A stretch of DNA of 64,000 nt, from the NCBI GenBank assembly GCA_020184695.1, contig JAANOX010000102.1, positions 6,008-70,007 on the forward strand, read 5' to 3'. How positions within the stretch are numbered: the stretch's first letter is position 1; each line of letters begins with the position of its first letter. The DNA comes from Histomonas meleagridis 2922-C6/04-290x. Taxonomy: Eukaryota; Protista; Parabasalia. Below, piece by piece: positions 32,219-42,821 of the stretch. Made by a program: the position numbers and the translations under genes. The notes beneath the pieces were generated by a model. That model ran no database searches, was not told where the DNA came from, and saw only the letters and a list, made by a program, of their open reading frames with translations.

Positions 32219-33607
32219 TTATGCATGAATTCTCAATGATGAAAATTCAAAATCATCAAATTGTTGATCATCATCGCAATCATCAGAGTTTAGTTCGAGC
32301 TCTCTTTCATACAAGTAGCCAGAATTTTCTGTATGAACCAAATCATATTCATTATAAAATTCTGCATCATCATTTTCTGTTTCACATTGTTTGTCGATGA
32401 TTTGAGACATCTTAGCAAACTCTCCACTTAGGTAGTTATCCCATTTTTGATTTTTATCTTTGAACTTATATCCAGATTTTATAACAAGATTTGTTATTTC
32501 AATCAGATGTCCATAATACATTGCATTATTAATATTTTCCCTATTGATGAAAGCACCAGATATTTTTTCTCTAATGTTTATTATTTCAAAGATTTTTTTT
32601 GATTTATCAATTGTTACTTGTAACAAAGATAAAACAGTACAGTGAAGTATCGAATGAAAAGGGAATTTAAACATATCGTTAAAAAGTTTCACCACAATTT
32701 CATAAAACAAATCAGGAAAATCATCACTTTCGCACAAGCACAAAGAGTGCAGAAGAAGTCGAACAGCACTTTCAATTGACTCATTGAAAATTTCTGAGTC
32801 TTTGACAAAACCGCAAATCCGGTCAATTTTGCCGATAACAAAAGTGGATATTTTGAATGTCGAATCATCTTCGTCACAAAGGGATGATAATTCAAGAAGA
32901 AAGTTAAAGGAAGAAGCTGAAACTCTTTTGTTTCTCGAATTCAAAGCAATGTTCAAAATAGCTTCAAGTTTTGATTCATCAAAAAAATATGTTATCAAAG
33001 GAGAATTGGAATACCCATTTATTGCAAAATTTGTTAATATTTCCAAGGCCATCCAATTAACTTCTTCATCATCTCCAATTTTCATGAAAATTTTCTCTGT
33101 TATTTTGGATTTTATAAAGATATCTTGTTGTTGAAGTTGTGCTATAGAATACAAAAATGAATAGTACACAGGCGCCTTGATGTTTTTCACAAGTAACGAT
33201 AATAAATCATCTAATTTTTCGTAATTGGCAAAAATCATTCCATCTCCAGATTTAATCAAATTACTTAAAATTTGTAATGCTGGTGCAACAATGCTTTCAC
33301 ATCCATTGTAATTTGACATTATAAAGTTATGAATATGAGTAAGAAAGTTTTTATCTTTCATCTTTGATTGAAATAAAGGACAACTTGTAGTTAAAAAGAA
33401 AAGGCAATTTTGCCTTACAATATCTGAATCTGGTTGTTTTTCTCCAAGTGCATAGGATAAAACATCGTTAATGTTTTTTTTTAGATAATCGATTAAACCT
33501 TGATGTTGTTCCGTAAAAAGGCAACGAATTTGACTGAAATGGGCCAGCAAAGAAACTGTGCAGTCATCTCTTTGGAGAAGATTGGTTATTCTTTGTTTCC
33601 CAAGCAT
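32219..33607 (-). CDS. SIT4 phosphatase-associated (SAPS/PP6R) family protein
   Basis: The N-terminus LLQRDDCTVSLL..QGLIDYLKKNINDVLSYAL and later FPFHSILH..MYYGHLIEITN match SAPS motifs; acidic tail. Confidence 0.7.
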   Translation of the reverse strand: MLGKQRITNLLQRDDCTVSLLAHFSQIRCLFTEQHQGLIDYLKKNINDVLSYALGEKQPDSDIVRQNCLFFLTTSCPLFQSKMKDKNFLTHIHNFIMSNYNGCESIVAPALQILSNLIKSGDGMIFANYEKLDDLLSLLVKNIKAPVYYSFLYSIAQLQQQDIFIKSKITEKIFMKIGDDEEVNWMALEILTNFAINGYSNSPLITYFFDESKLEAILNIALNSRNKRVSASSFNFLLELSSLCDEDDSTFKISTFVIGKIDRICGFVKDSEIFNESIESAVRLLLHSLCLCESDDFPDLFYEIVVKLFNDMFKFPFHSILHCTVLSLLQVTIDKSKKIFEIINIREKISGAFINRENINNAMYYGHLIEITNLVIKSGYKFKDKNQKWDNYLSGEFAKMSQIIDKQCETENDDAEFYNEYDLVHTENSGYLYERELELNSDDCDDDQQFDDFEFSSLRIHA

Positions 33608-34025
33608 TTTTTTATTTTTTCAAAGTCTACCTGCCGCGACTTTTTCAATGATTAAACAATCTGCCTCCCTCACAAATTCAATACGCATCCACCTTCGGCT
33701 CAGAAAAAGTTGTTCTCCAAAATCACAACTGCGAACCCTTCACATAAATCTCATTCAAGGGAATTTATCAATGTATAAATAAGTCCAACAAGATATTTTT
33801 TCTGTGCTTCCATAAGGCACGACAATCATACATTTGTACGAAATCTTTTCCAGATAATTATTATATCTTTATTATTTTTGATACACATTCAAACTTTTCA
33901 AATTATTTAACCAAATAAAATTTATAAATCTTAACAGCAAATGAAACAATTAATAATTTAAGCAATGGATTTTGTACAAAATTTATTAAAGTTTGATTAA
34001 CTTCTATTTCATGGGTTTTCGATCT

Positions 34026-34832
34026 TTAAAATATAATTTCATCTTCTTTTGTGTCTTTTAAGAACTGATTTGGTCTATGTCTCATTAAATGAACTCTCTT
34101 TTGGTCAACATCACTCAGAACTTGTTCATTTGCATTTAATAGATCAATTTCATTTTCTGTTAAGTCAACGAATTCATGGATACGAAAGCAGCCTTGTTTA
34201 TGAAAGAAGCTTCCGTCTATAGCGATAATTCCAAGAAGACGCGCAAATATATATTTGTCTATTTTGAATATATAATCAGTGACCCAAATAACACCAATTA
34301 TTGGATATAATTCTGGTCTCTTTTCTGTGATGCTGAGAGCATTATGAAGTTTGTATGGAAACTTGGCGTGAGAATTACTTTTCACTTGGAAGAACGTTCG
34401 TATTAGTTTTTCGAATGTAAAAGTTTCTTTGGCGAAGAATTTGGCAGGATAAAAATTATATTCAACTGAAGAAAAAGTTAATGTCTTGTCTTCGAGACAC
34501 TGAATAAAAAAATCATTTGAACCAACAGGAACATCTTCAAGTTCTTGTGGATATTTTTTTGGTCGCTTGGGTTGTTTGGATGAAATATGGATATTCAATA
34601 TTGAATTAGGCGCACGCTTTGATGGTGAACCAAATTCTGTAGTGGAGCTATTGGTGACGAATGGAAGAAATTTTTCTTGTTGGAATAATTCTGCATCGAT
34701 GCAGAAAGGAAGATAATTTTTGGAAAAAATATCAGCGTTATTTGTTATCAGAGAAGGATTTGAATCGTTTTGGCTTTGCTCATTTTCTTTTTGTGATTTC
34801 TCTTGATCGAAAATAAATTCTTCTTCTTCCAT
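34026..34832 (-). CDS. Initiator-binding-domain (IBD, IBP39-like) family protein
   Basis: FFQVKSNSHAKFPYKLHNAL..IIGVIWVTDYIFKIDKYIFARLLGI..DGSFFHKQGCFRIHEF matches the parabasalid IBD winged-helix family. Confidence 0.8.
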   Translation of the reverse strand: MEEEEFIFDQEKSQKENEQSQNDSNPSLITNNADIFSKNYLPFCIDAELFQQEKFLPFVTNSSTTEFGSPSKRAPNSILNIHISSKQPKRPKKYPQELEDVPVGSNDFFIQCLEDKTLTFSSVEYNFYPAKFFAKETFTFEKLIRTFFQVKSNSHAKFPYKLHNALSITEKRPELYPIIGVIWVTDYIFKIDKYIFARLLGIIAIDGSFFHKQGCFRIHEFVDLTENEIDLLNANEQVLSDVDQKRVHLMRHRPNQFLKDTKEDEIIF

Positions 34833-35305
34833 TTTTTCTTGTTATCGGCCGTTTACTTTTGAAGTGAAATGATTTAACGTACAAAATGCGTAAGGTAAAC
34901 TTTCAGCTATTTTTTCCTCCATTACTATAAATTTAGTTCATGAACATGCACTTAATCAACTCCAATGTAGCGAATTTGTCGAGAAAAAGTACTTTCGTTT
35001 GATAAATTCGCAATTCCTATTTTTCCCCTATTTGTATATTTGATATTCTAATATATGCCTCTATGCCGCCTTCATAACTATTTTGTCTAACGATAATATT
35101 AATTCATTTTGTTAAATTGTTTTCACTTTTTTTCATAGCTAATTATTTGTTCGCATTCCTTAAGTACTGTAGCTAACATTGTTTGCCTTGTTGAACCAAA
35201 AAGTATCAAACGTCTATTTATGAAAAAATATTTCATTTGACAAAAAAAGAAAATTCCAGTGGAGATAACATATTTACTCTATTCCAATTATATCTAAAAG
35301 TCCTT

Positions 35306-36595
35306 TTAGTGTCCTAAGTAATTTGAAGCAATAGATAAATCGGAGAAAAGAATTGGGAAAGATTTCTTCATTTTTGAAGGTGCATTTCCTGTGAGTACAA
35401 ATAGCGTATCTGCAATTCCTCCGATCAAAGAAACGAAGTTACAGCATCTAAAGAACGTTAAAAAGACAGTAAAAATGACAATTAACCCCAACGCATATGG
35501 ATCGACCACAAAGCCATTCGAAACCAAATATCCGGCAATGCCTGCAAAGGATGCTATTGCCATTGAGAACATTAAGCTAGAGCTATACACTTGTGAATGA
35601 TCTGCTAATGATACCATCTTTGTAGATCGTTCAAGTTCTTGTTGCCTCATATCTCCGGCACCAAAATCAATGCCAAAGGCTGCGCAGTACACAAGTGTTA
35701 TTTCTGACTGTTCTATTAATTTTGTGTATTTGATATATGGAAATAGTCGAGCTAACCAAAGGTAAGGAGAAACGAAGGCAGAATAAGCAATAGTTCCTAG
35801 TGATGACATTATCGCGTGCTTTACAAGTAGAAGAATAGGTGATCTGGGCATTCGTAATGTACCGCCAAAATCGATGTTAAGAATGGTAAAGCCTGAAGAA
35901 ACAAATATGCAAAAGTGCGATATGAAGGAATTTATCCAAAAGTAAGAGAGAGCAAGTAAAATGTGGAGGAATTTGCTCCATTCAAGAACTTGGATTCTAT
36001 GAGAAACCCATATATAAAGAGTAGAAGGAATAATGGAAATAAAATTCATTATAAATGTGAATAATAAAAGTTTCGGATTACTTGTTTGGATATTTGATAT
36101 GGAAGATAATAAACTTATCGATGATTTCTTGTAAGATCTTAGAGTTACCACTAAAGCAATGGATTCAGCTGTGAGTGGTATAAGGATAATCGCTGAAAAA
36201 TTCTTGAAGATTAGCATATATAAAACAAAGGTGATTATAAACAAACCTGCTGAAACAAAATATGATGCAGAAATGAAATAATTTGGTACGTAGATTTGGA
36301 AAATAGCAAATATTAAAACAAAACAAATGCTTGCTAATGGAGGAACTAATGTAAGAGCAAGGATTTTTGATGTAGGCTCCGCTTCATAATATCTGTCTGG
36401 ATCATAAGAAATAAGGGCGATTGAAATTATTAATGTAATAAACAAATTCGCTAAGAAGATTAGAGCAAACAATCCATCATTTCTTTGACGTTTTGCAAAA
36501 ACTTTTAAATAAAGCTCGTCTTCGTTTATGGTAGGTTGTTCTTCACTGTTATGTTGATCTTCGTGTAAAAGGGGCGTTCTTTCTTCCTCAGACAT
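35306..36595 (-). CDS. Choline transporter-like (CTL/SLC44/PNS1) membrane protein
   Basis: About 10 hydrophobic segments; RNDGLFALIF, SLGTIAYSAF, LVYCAAFGIDF and ADTLFV match the CTL pattern. Confidence 0.75.
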   Translation of the reverse strand: MSEEERTPLLHEDQHNSEEQPTINEDELYLKVFAKRQRNDGLFALIFLANLFITLIISIALISYDPDRYYEAEPTSKILALTLVPPLASICFVLIFAIFQIYVPNYFISASYFVSAGLFIITFVLYMLIFKNFSAIILIPLTAESIALVVTLRSYKKSSISLLSSISNIQTSNPKLLLFTFIMNFISIIPSTLYIWVSHRIQVLEWSKFLHILLALSYFWINSFISHFCIFVSSGFTILNIDFGGTLRMPRSPILLLVKHAIMSSLGTIAYSAFVSPYLWLARLFPYIKYTKLIEQSEITLVYCAAFGIDFGAGDMRQQELERSTKMVSLADHSQVYSSSLMFSMAIASFAGIAGYLVSNGFVVDPYALGLIVIFTVFLTFFRCCNFVSLIGGIADTLFVLTGNAPSKMKKSFPILFSDLSIASNYLGH

Positions 36596-36961
36596 TTCTA
36601 TGAATTCAACTTTCGTTCAAATGATAACGATACAAAACGATACAACTCAAGCATGCTTCATAAATCATCAATATCTGAATAAACTAGAACCAATCAGTTT
36701 TTTGAATAAAAAACCATAGCAATCCTTGTTCTAGCAAACCAATGAAGTCTGAATTTTTATGTTTTATTTTGGAGTTATGGATCAATAGAATGAATATTAT
36801 AATTACATATTACAAAATGGAACTCACCAAAAACTTTCCAGAGGTTATTTTCTGGTTGCACCGTGCCCAGTGATAAATGCAAGATAAGTTTATTTGAAAT
36901 TGAACATTAAAACAAAAACTCTTCAAATTTGATTAATTTCGAACTTTTCCCTATAATCTTA

Positions 36962-38228
36962 GGGGTGGAAAAAGTGCGTTCGTCAGCCTTTTTTTTTAAT
37001 GAATAAAAAAGTAAAAGAAATTTTGTTTATTTATTATTATGATATGTATTCACCTTGAGTTTTAATTGTAATTCAAAGTCTGTCCATCCATTCATTATAT
37101 ACGACTCTGAAGGTGTATTTAGGAATATTATACAGTAATGTTTCAACCTTTTGAAAAAGTTGATCTTCATTTTCAAACTCCTCACCTGTGAGAATTTTTT
37201 TATATATTTGAACAGAAAATCGTCAAAAGGTGCGAGGTCTGGCGAAAACGGGGGTTGCGGAAGTCTTTTAATTCCCAATTTATTCAATTTTTCATTAATA
37301 AAATGAGGTTGGGCGTTATTCATATGCAAAAAATATCCCTTCGTTGAAATTCTTTTTGCCAAATCTCCAAGTACAACTTCAGAAAAAAAAATTCGATTAA
37401 ATTTTTGGCCTATCGGGAGCATTGTTATTGATTTGATACCAGTTATAGACCATATAACAGATATCATTACTTTTTTGGAGGCAATAGTTTGTTTGAGTTT
37501 GTATGGTTTTTGCACTCCAGATTCAATCCACATCGAGTTTCTTTCGTTAACAAAATAAATCCAGGTTTCATCTTGCGTCAATATGTGTCTTAGTCTGTAG
37601 TCATTTGAACTAGAAAGTAATTCAAATAATTCGGGAGCAATGGCAGCTCTTTTGGCTTTAATTTCTGGAGTCAACTTATGTGGGATCCATTTGAAGTTAA
37701 TTTTTTCATCCCTAAAATATTAATCATTATATTTTTCACTGTTTTTGGATCTGCGCCTACATTCTTCGCAATTTTCTTCGTCGATGCATATGGATAACTT
37801 AATATAAAACTGGTTATTCTTTGATCTAAATCTGATCTTCTTGGTCTCCCTGTTTTTTTCTGTTCGAAAATTGAGAAGGTATGTTCATTCATCTCCATTC
37901 CTGAACTGTTCGAAGTGTAATAATATTATCACCATATACAGCACATAATCGCCTATATATGTCTTGATTTTCATTTGATTCTAACCAAAGGAAATGGACA
38001 ACAGAACGTAATTCCTCAATTGGAACTGACATTAAAATGATTAAACGTTCTCTTTCAGAGGTATCCTGAAAAAAAGTAGTTTTACTTCATGCATCATATT
38101 TACTTGGAAAAAAGTATCATAATAATAATGATAATATATTTATTATAAATTTTATTTATATAATTTGATTTCATTAATATCTAATATAAATCAAAAAAAA
38201 AGCTGACGAACGGACTTTTTCCACCCCC
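36962..38228 (-). mobile_element. Tc1/mariner (mariner-like) DNA transposon, 1267 bp, non-autonomous
   Basis: TIRs ggggtggaaaaagtgcgttcgtcagc (36962-36987) and gctgacgaacggactttttccaccccc (38202-38228) differ by one mismatch and one extra G/C, and each is followed inward by a T/A run. TA target duplication at 36960-61 and 38229-30. Confidence 0.93.
37038..38032 (-). pseudogene. Mariner transposase, disrupted
   Basis: Pieced across frames: MSVPIEELRSVVHFLWL..IYRRLCAVYG..TLRTVQEW..GRPR..KWIPHKLT..ILTQDETW..FLHMNNAQPH..PPFSPDLAPFDDFLF..YNEWMDRL*..QGEY. Several frameshifts and stops; the second catalytic Asp (HDNA) reads NNA. Confidence 0.9.
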
Positions 38229-38339
38229 TATATCATCTCCAGCACGGATTTAAAAAGCAAAAATCAAAACAAAACATTTGGTTTAAACAAACAAAATCAG
38301 TCATCTTCGTCGTCTTCTGCATCCAGCTGGTTTAACTAA

Positions 38340-40544
38340 TTAACTAATTTCCATGTTTTTCACTAGTGTATCATAATCTTGTATTTGCCTTTCAATATCA
38401 ATTTGTGCGATATTTGGCACTGATTGCGAGTAAGCAGTCGAAGGTGATAGCTCAAATTCAGAGATCAGTTTGCTTTGGTCGCCCCATTTTCCGTTGAGAT
38501 ATTTCATACTTGCTGATCCTGAGAATCTCCTCTTTGCCGCCAAAGCGTTTAATATTCCGAATAGTATTGCTAACCCCATTCCTCTTGCTGTATATAACTT
38601 ATAACCACGTGCTACATCTTCATCGTCTACAGATATACCACATACTTTGAGTACACTTACTGAGAAGAACCCAAATTCTTCAGGAAGTACAATAAAGTCA
38701 ACTACTCCTGGATAAAGAGACACCACTTCAGGAACTTTTTTCTCGATTTCTGGACCAGGTATAAATGAAAATATTCCTGTTAATATTTTACCCCTTAGAG
38801 GATCTTTTATAACTTCTCCTCCAGCATTTTCGAGTGTTTCATGATTTGTCATTAAGGCCTTTACAGGTCTTAATTGACTTAAGGATTTCCTGAGCTGTTC
38901 AACGTTTAAATTTGTTTTGACTTCAACCGCCGCTAACACATTGTCGGCTAGAGTCGGTGAAATTATTGAACCGGATTTGTCAATTGTCAGAGTTGGCGAT
39001 GAATCGTTTACGACGATGATGTCGATTTGTCCCGAAACGTTTGAAGATGAATCAATTATCTCACCTGAAGTAACTCTGTAACAAGGAGGGAGATGGCTTT
39101 GTAAGAAAAGCCTGCAAAAGGCTTCACGATTTGAACTGGAATTATTGGTTACAAATAACTCATGTTTTGAAGCATTTGCTAATGAACTTAATATTTCTAC
39201 TTGAGCTTCGAAATGTGCCTTTAAAGGTGGCGTTCGTGATGCTGAAAATTGTTCTACAAAATGCTTAAAAATTGCATAATCAAGATCTTCAATTTCAGGT
39301 GTTGTGTACTTCATTTGTTTCCCTTTTACACCTTTAATGTCTTTTTCAAGAGAAACAATTACAACATCAGCGTCTGATTGATTAATTGATTCGGCAATCT
39401 TGTTCATTTCTGCCTCAGATTTTTCAGTGTTGCCTAACATAGTTGTAGGAGATGCACTTCGTGGGAAATTGGCTACAATATTATTTGTGCTATATGCACC
39501 TAGCTCATTAGCAACTTGTGCAGCTGAACCTTTGTTTTCAACGTGGTCAACTGTTATTACATTTTGGTTAAAAATGTCGTATACAGAATTTTCATCTAAT
39601 ACATAGGAGCTACGAGCAAAGTATATTTGATGAAGTGATGAATTGACAAGTGTATAAAAAAGTGACTTCGCTTCTTCTGAAAAAGTTGTTTTGTGTTTGG
39701 AAACAACAATTATGTTAGATGAAAGGTGGAAATTAAGAAGTCCGGGCCAAAGAGAAAACTTTCGGATGTTACTTAATGAGCTTGATGAGGCTAAGCAAAA
39801 ATTGGATGTTGAGGAAATATTAGGACATTCACATGAACGTGAATCATAAATAATAAAGTCTGATGTTTGCTCGGCAAGAATAATAGCTTTACGCACATTG
39901 GTGGTGGCGTAGACATGTGCACCATTCTCGAGGTAAAGTTTGATCTGCCAAGAATCTGTGTCAGAAAAAATGTCATCGGGAACAGTGTCACCAGGATTAA
40001 ATCTATAAAGGAATCCATCGTTAACTGAAAACTCGGTTGGAACAGGAATGTATTCAAGTTCAGTAATAGGATATATCACAGAAACCCTGCGTTGAAATTT
40101 AGATGATATAATATATAAAAAGTACCGACAGACTTGAGTCTTGCCAAGACGTTGAGCAAGAGAAGTAACAGTAATTAACGGCTTGAATGATTTGATCTTA
40201 GGATTTGCATGAGGAACAAATTCAAGTTCGCAATGGCCAGTAGCAATGATACGGTTGATTATTGATTGAACTTCTTGCATTGTTATATTTTGAACATGAA
40301 GAATGCATTTTTGAATATGGTGCTTGAGAATTACCTTTTCGAGATCTTTAAGTGGGTAAACATGTATGGGTGATTTCTTGTATCCCTTGAACCAGGTGAT
40401 TGGAGGTTTATCATTAGTTTGGTATACAAATCCCCAAATTTCTCTGTCAACATCTGTTGCATAAGAACGCCAATATGTGTGTAATATTGAATAGTCACAT
40501 CCAACAATAAGAATTCGGACTTTGGGTGAAGAAGTTTTGATCAT
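38340..40544 (-). CDS. Fusion protein: COG2403-family P-loop module (aa ~1-435) plus DUF6602-like PD-(D/E)xK nuclease domain (aa ~438-690)
   Basis: N-part: PIHVYPLKDLEKVI, KSFKPLITVTSLAQRLGKTQV, LAEQTSDFIIYD, WPGLLNF, ESINQSDADVVIV. C-part: NREAFCRLFLQSHLPPCYRVTSGEIIDS..SGQIDIIV..DNVLAAVEVKTNL. One uninterrupted 734-aa ORF. Confidence 0.8.
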   Translation of the reverse strand: MIKTSSPKVRILIVGCDYSILHTYWRSYATDVDREIWGFVYQTNDKPPITWFKGYKKSPIHVYPLKDLEKVILKHHIQKCILHVQNITMQEVQSIINRIIATGHCELEFVPHANPKIKSFKPLITVTSLAQRLGKTQVCRYFLYIISSKFQRRVSVIYPITELEYIPVPTEFSVNDGFLYRFNPGDTVPDDIFSDTDSWQIKLYLENGAHVYATTNVRKAIILAEQTSDFIIYDSRSCECPNISSTSNFCLASSSSLSNIRKFSLWPGLLNFHLSSNIIVVSKHKTTFSEEAKSLFYTLVNSSLHQIYFARSSYVLDENSVYDIFNQNVITVDHVENKGSAAQVANELGAYSTNNIVANFPRSASPTTMLGNTEKSEAEMNKIAESINQSDADVVIVSLEKDIKGVKGKQMKYTTPEIEDLDYAIFKHFVEQFSASRTPPLKAHFEAQVEILSSLANASKHELFVTNNSSSNREAFCRLFLQSHLPPCYRVTSGEIIDSSSNVSGQIDIIVVNDSSPTLTIDKSGSIISPTLADNVLAAVEVKTNLNVEQLRKSLSQLRPVKALMTNHETLENAGGEVIKDPLRGKILTGIFSFIPGPEIEKKVPEVVSLYPGVVDFIVLPEEFGFFSVSVLKVCGISVDDEDVARGYKLYTARGMGLAILFGILNALAAKRRFSGSASMKYLNGKWGDQSKLISEFELSPSTAYSQSVPNIAQIDIERQIQDYDTLVKNMEIS

Positions 40545-40917
40545 TTCTCTAATTCGATAGAACTGTTTTCAATTGTAAATTTGACATTTTTGAATTCTTG
40601 AATTTTTTTCTTTCATAGAATTACATACATCGAAAGCAAATAACCCATGAATCATTAAACAGATGTTGTAGAATATTAAACTTCTGAGAAAAATGAGTTT
40701 TAACCAAAAAATTGATATCTTAATCTTTTCTTATTTAAGCATACTTTGCTAAAAACTATTATTAATTTTGTTAAACAGATGATGTGTATGATGTAATCAC
40801 CTTTATTGTTCTTATTTGCCAAAAAACACGAACAAAAAATTTATTTCTGTTATGACTATTAACGGTCGATAATGTAAAATAACGTTTTACAGTAAATTTC
40901 AAAAACTATAAACACAA

Positions 40918-41151
40918 ATGGATCCTTCTACAGAGCAACCTTCAAATTCACCACCACAAAATACTTCTGAAGAGGAAAAAAAGTTTCCTACAAGAAGGCA
41001 AGAATTAGATCATAGAGAACTTAATAAATACATGGAAGAACATAAAATTAGAGAACTTTTCACACAAATGATTGCATACCTTGTTGAAAACAGATGTGAA
41101 GATCATGTTCAAGGAGCAATAGACTTTTTACAAAAATACAAAACACATTGA
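40918..41151 (+). CDS. Small protein with RIIa/Dpy-30-like dimerisation-docking motif
   Basis: KYMEEHKIRELFTQMIAYLVENRCEDHVQGAIDFLQK; ATG start, 77 aa. Confidence 0.65.
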   Translation: MDPSTEQPSNSPPQNTSEEEKKFPTRRQELDHRELNKYMEEHKIRELFTQMIAYLVENRCEDHVQGAIDFLQKYKTH

Positions 41152-41444
41152 ATAAAAAATATAAAACATGTTAATTTTAAGCTAAATAACAAATATTTTT
41201 CCATACCATTGATCAATCCCATAAACTTATGTGACTTTCATTTGAATCTGGGAAATAAAAGCAAATGATTATAATCAAAATTTAAATTTCATATTTCCCA
41301 TATTTTCTTATGAGTGGTTAAATTCTGTGTAACGAAGGCAAGTTAGTGTGGTTTGGGTTATTAATAAAATTTAAACCAAAATCTAGATGAATTAATTCAA
41401 AGATTATTCCTTTATAGTTTTTAATTGCAAAGCTATTTTTCAAT

Positions 41445-41867
41445 TTATTGACCTTCGAGGGCTTCCTTACGTTGTTGACGACGAACCTTATGACGTTGAG
41501 CACGAACACCAGATCCCCAAACCTTAACCTTTTGTTTACGTGTGTTCTTACGCATACGACGTGTAACCTTGCTCTTTTCTGCAAGGCCAGCTTTGATAAG
41601 ACGATGCTTTGGTTCAATTGTCTTGAGTGCATCAAGATTGTCGTAGATAAGACCGAAGCCTGTTGTACGGCCACCTCCGAACTTTGTTTCAAGTGAGAAA
41701 ATAACAATGAGATCCTTGTTGGCTTTCAATTGTTTTGCAACCAAATCTTTGATTTCGTCGCGTGTTGGTGCTCTGGCACCTGGGTGCTTAAGATCGACAA
41801 CAAATTGTTTGCGATCTAATAATTTGTTAACAATATATTTGCGAATACGCATAGTAACCTTCGACAT
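41445..41867 (-). CDS. RPS24: 40S ribosomal protein S24 (eS24), 140 aa
   Basis: MSKVTMRIRK..NKLLDRKQFVVDLKHPG..FGGGRTTGFGLIYD..EPKHRL. The true start is taken as the ATG at 41867, not 41954. Confidence 0.97.
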   Translation of the reverse strand: MSKVTMRIRKYIVNKLLDRKQFVVDLKHPGARAPTRDEIKDLVAKQLKANKDLIVIFSLETKFGGGRTTGFGLIYDNLDALKTIEPKHRLIKAGLAEKSKVTRRMRKNTRKQKVKVWGSGVRAQRHKVRRQQRKEALEGQ

Positions 41868-41871
41868 TGGC

Positions 41872-41890
41872 AAAGGTCGGCCAAGCCGAT
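41872..41890 (-). promoter_or_regulatory. M5 (CCTTT) core promoter with upstream M3-like motif
   Basis: Minus strand reads atcggctt-ggccga-CCTTT-gcca-ATG. M5 is the Inr-alternative element known from trichomonad ribosomal protein genes. Confidence 0.65.
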
Positions 41891-41995
41891 ACAATTTTGA
41901 ATATATAATTCCGATGGCAATTTTTTTGTGAAGAAAAATAAATGGCAATTCCACTTGGAAGTGTACGTTTAAAATAAGGAAAGTGTAAATTTGGG

Positions 41996-42610
41996 ATGCA
42001 ACAAAAAATAACTGAAGAACAACTTTTAAAAGATGGCTTTAATATCTTTAAAGCCAGTGTATATTCAGATGTGATATTAGAAAATGCTGAAACACAAAAC
42101 AGTTCAGAAGAAATTGATAAAAAAATAATGGAAAAATGGAAAAATCTAACAGAGGAGGAAAAAGCAAGTTATTCCCAAGAAGCACCACATGAAAGGTCAT
42201 TACTAAATGGCGATTTAGAAAGATTAAATGATGTTAATGTTATAAAAAATAATATCATTCAAGTGAAGCAAGAAATTTCTCATATAAATCAAGAAATTAC
42301 ACAAGCTATGACTCAAACCAACAAGTTAAATTTAGAAATAATTGAGATGTCACAAAATATAAATCATCTCAATGATCAAATCAAACTCTTTTCCAAGGAA
42401 CGCAATCAAATTTTATATAACAAATTGCCACAAATGAAAGATGAGCTTGTTCAGATTGAAATAAATTCGAGCAATGTCTGGCGAAGATTACAAAAAGCAT
42501 CAGATGCACAGGTTCCTAATCCCAAAAAGCCAAAACAAAAATTCGACCCAACTAAACTGATGAGATATGGAACGTGTACTATTTGTTTGCTGCTGTTCTT
42601 GCTTTTGTAA
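41996..42610 (+). CDS. HMG-box-like plus coiled-coil protein
   Basis: GFNIFKASV..KIMEKWKNLTEEEKASY is HMG-box-like and is followed by heptad repeats. Confidence 0.55.
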   Translation: MQQKITEEQLLKDGFNIFKASVYSDVILENAETQNSSEEIDKKIMEKWKNLTEEEKASYSQEAPHERSLLNGDLERLNDVNVIKNNIIQVKQEISHINQEITQAMTQTNKLNLEIIEMSQNINHLNDQIKLFSKERNQILYNKLPQMKDELVQIEINSSNVWRRLQKASDAQVPNPKKPKQKFDPTKLMRYGTCTICLLLFLLL

Positions 42611-42821
42611 AATTTTATGTTTTTATTATTTATTGATTTTAAACATTTTTAATATTTCTTTTTACAATAAAACTATGATATTTCGCATGCATTATTTCAT
42701 TTTATTGTGTACACAAAAGAATTTACTTTTAAATTCCTATGTTGAATCAAATTCTTCTGTATTCGGAAATTACATTTCCAATATGCATCACTGGCTTAAA
42801 AAACATCCATTTTATAAATAG

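Noticed and set aside
41868-41954. 29-aa N-terminal extension of RPS24 in the ORF track
   Set aside because: The conserved eS24 start is the ATG at 41867, which is preceded by an M5 element; the extension overlaps the promoter.
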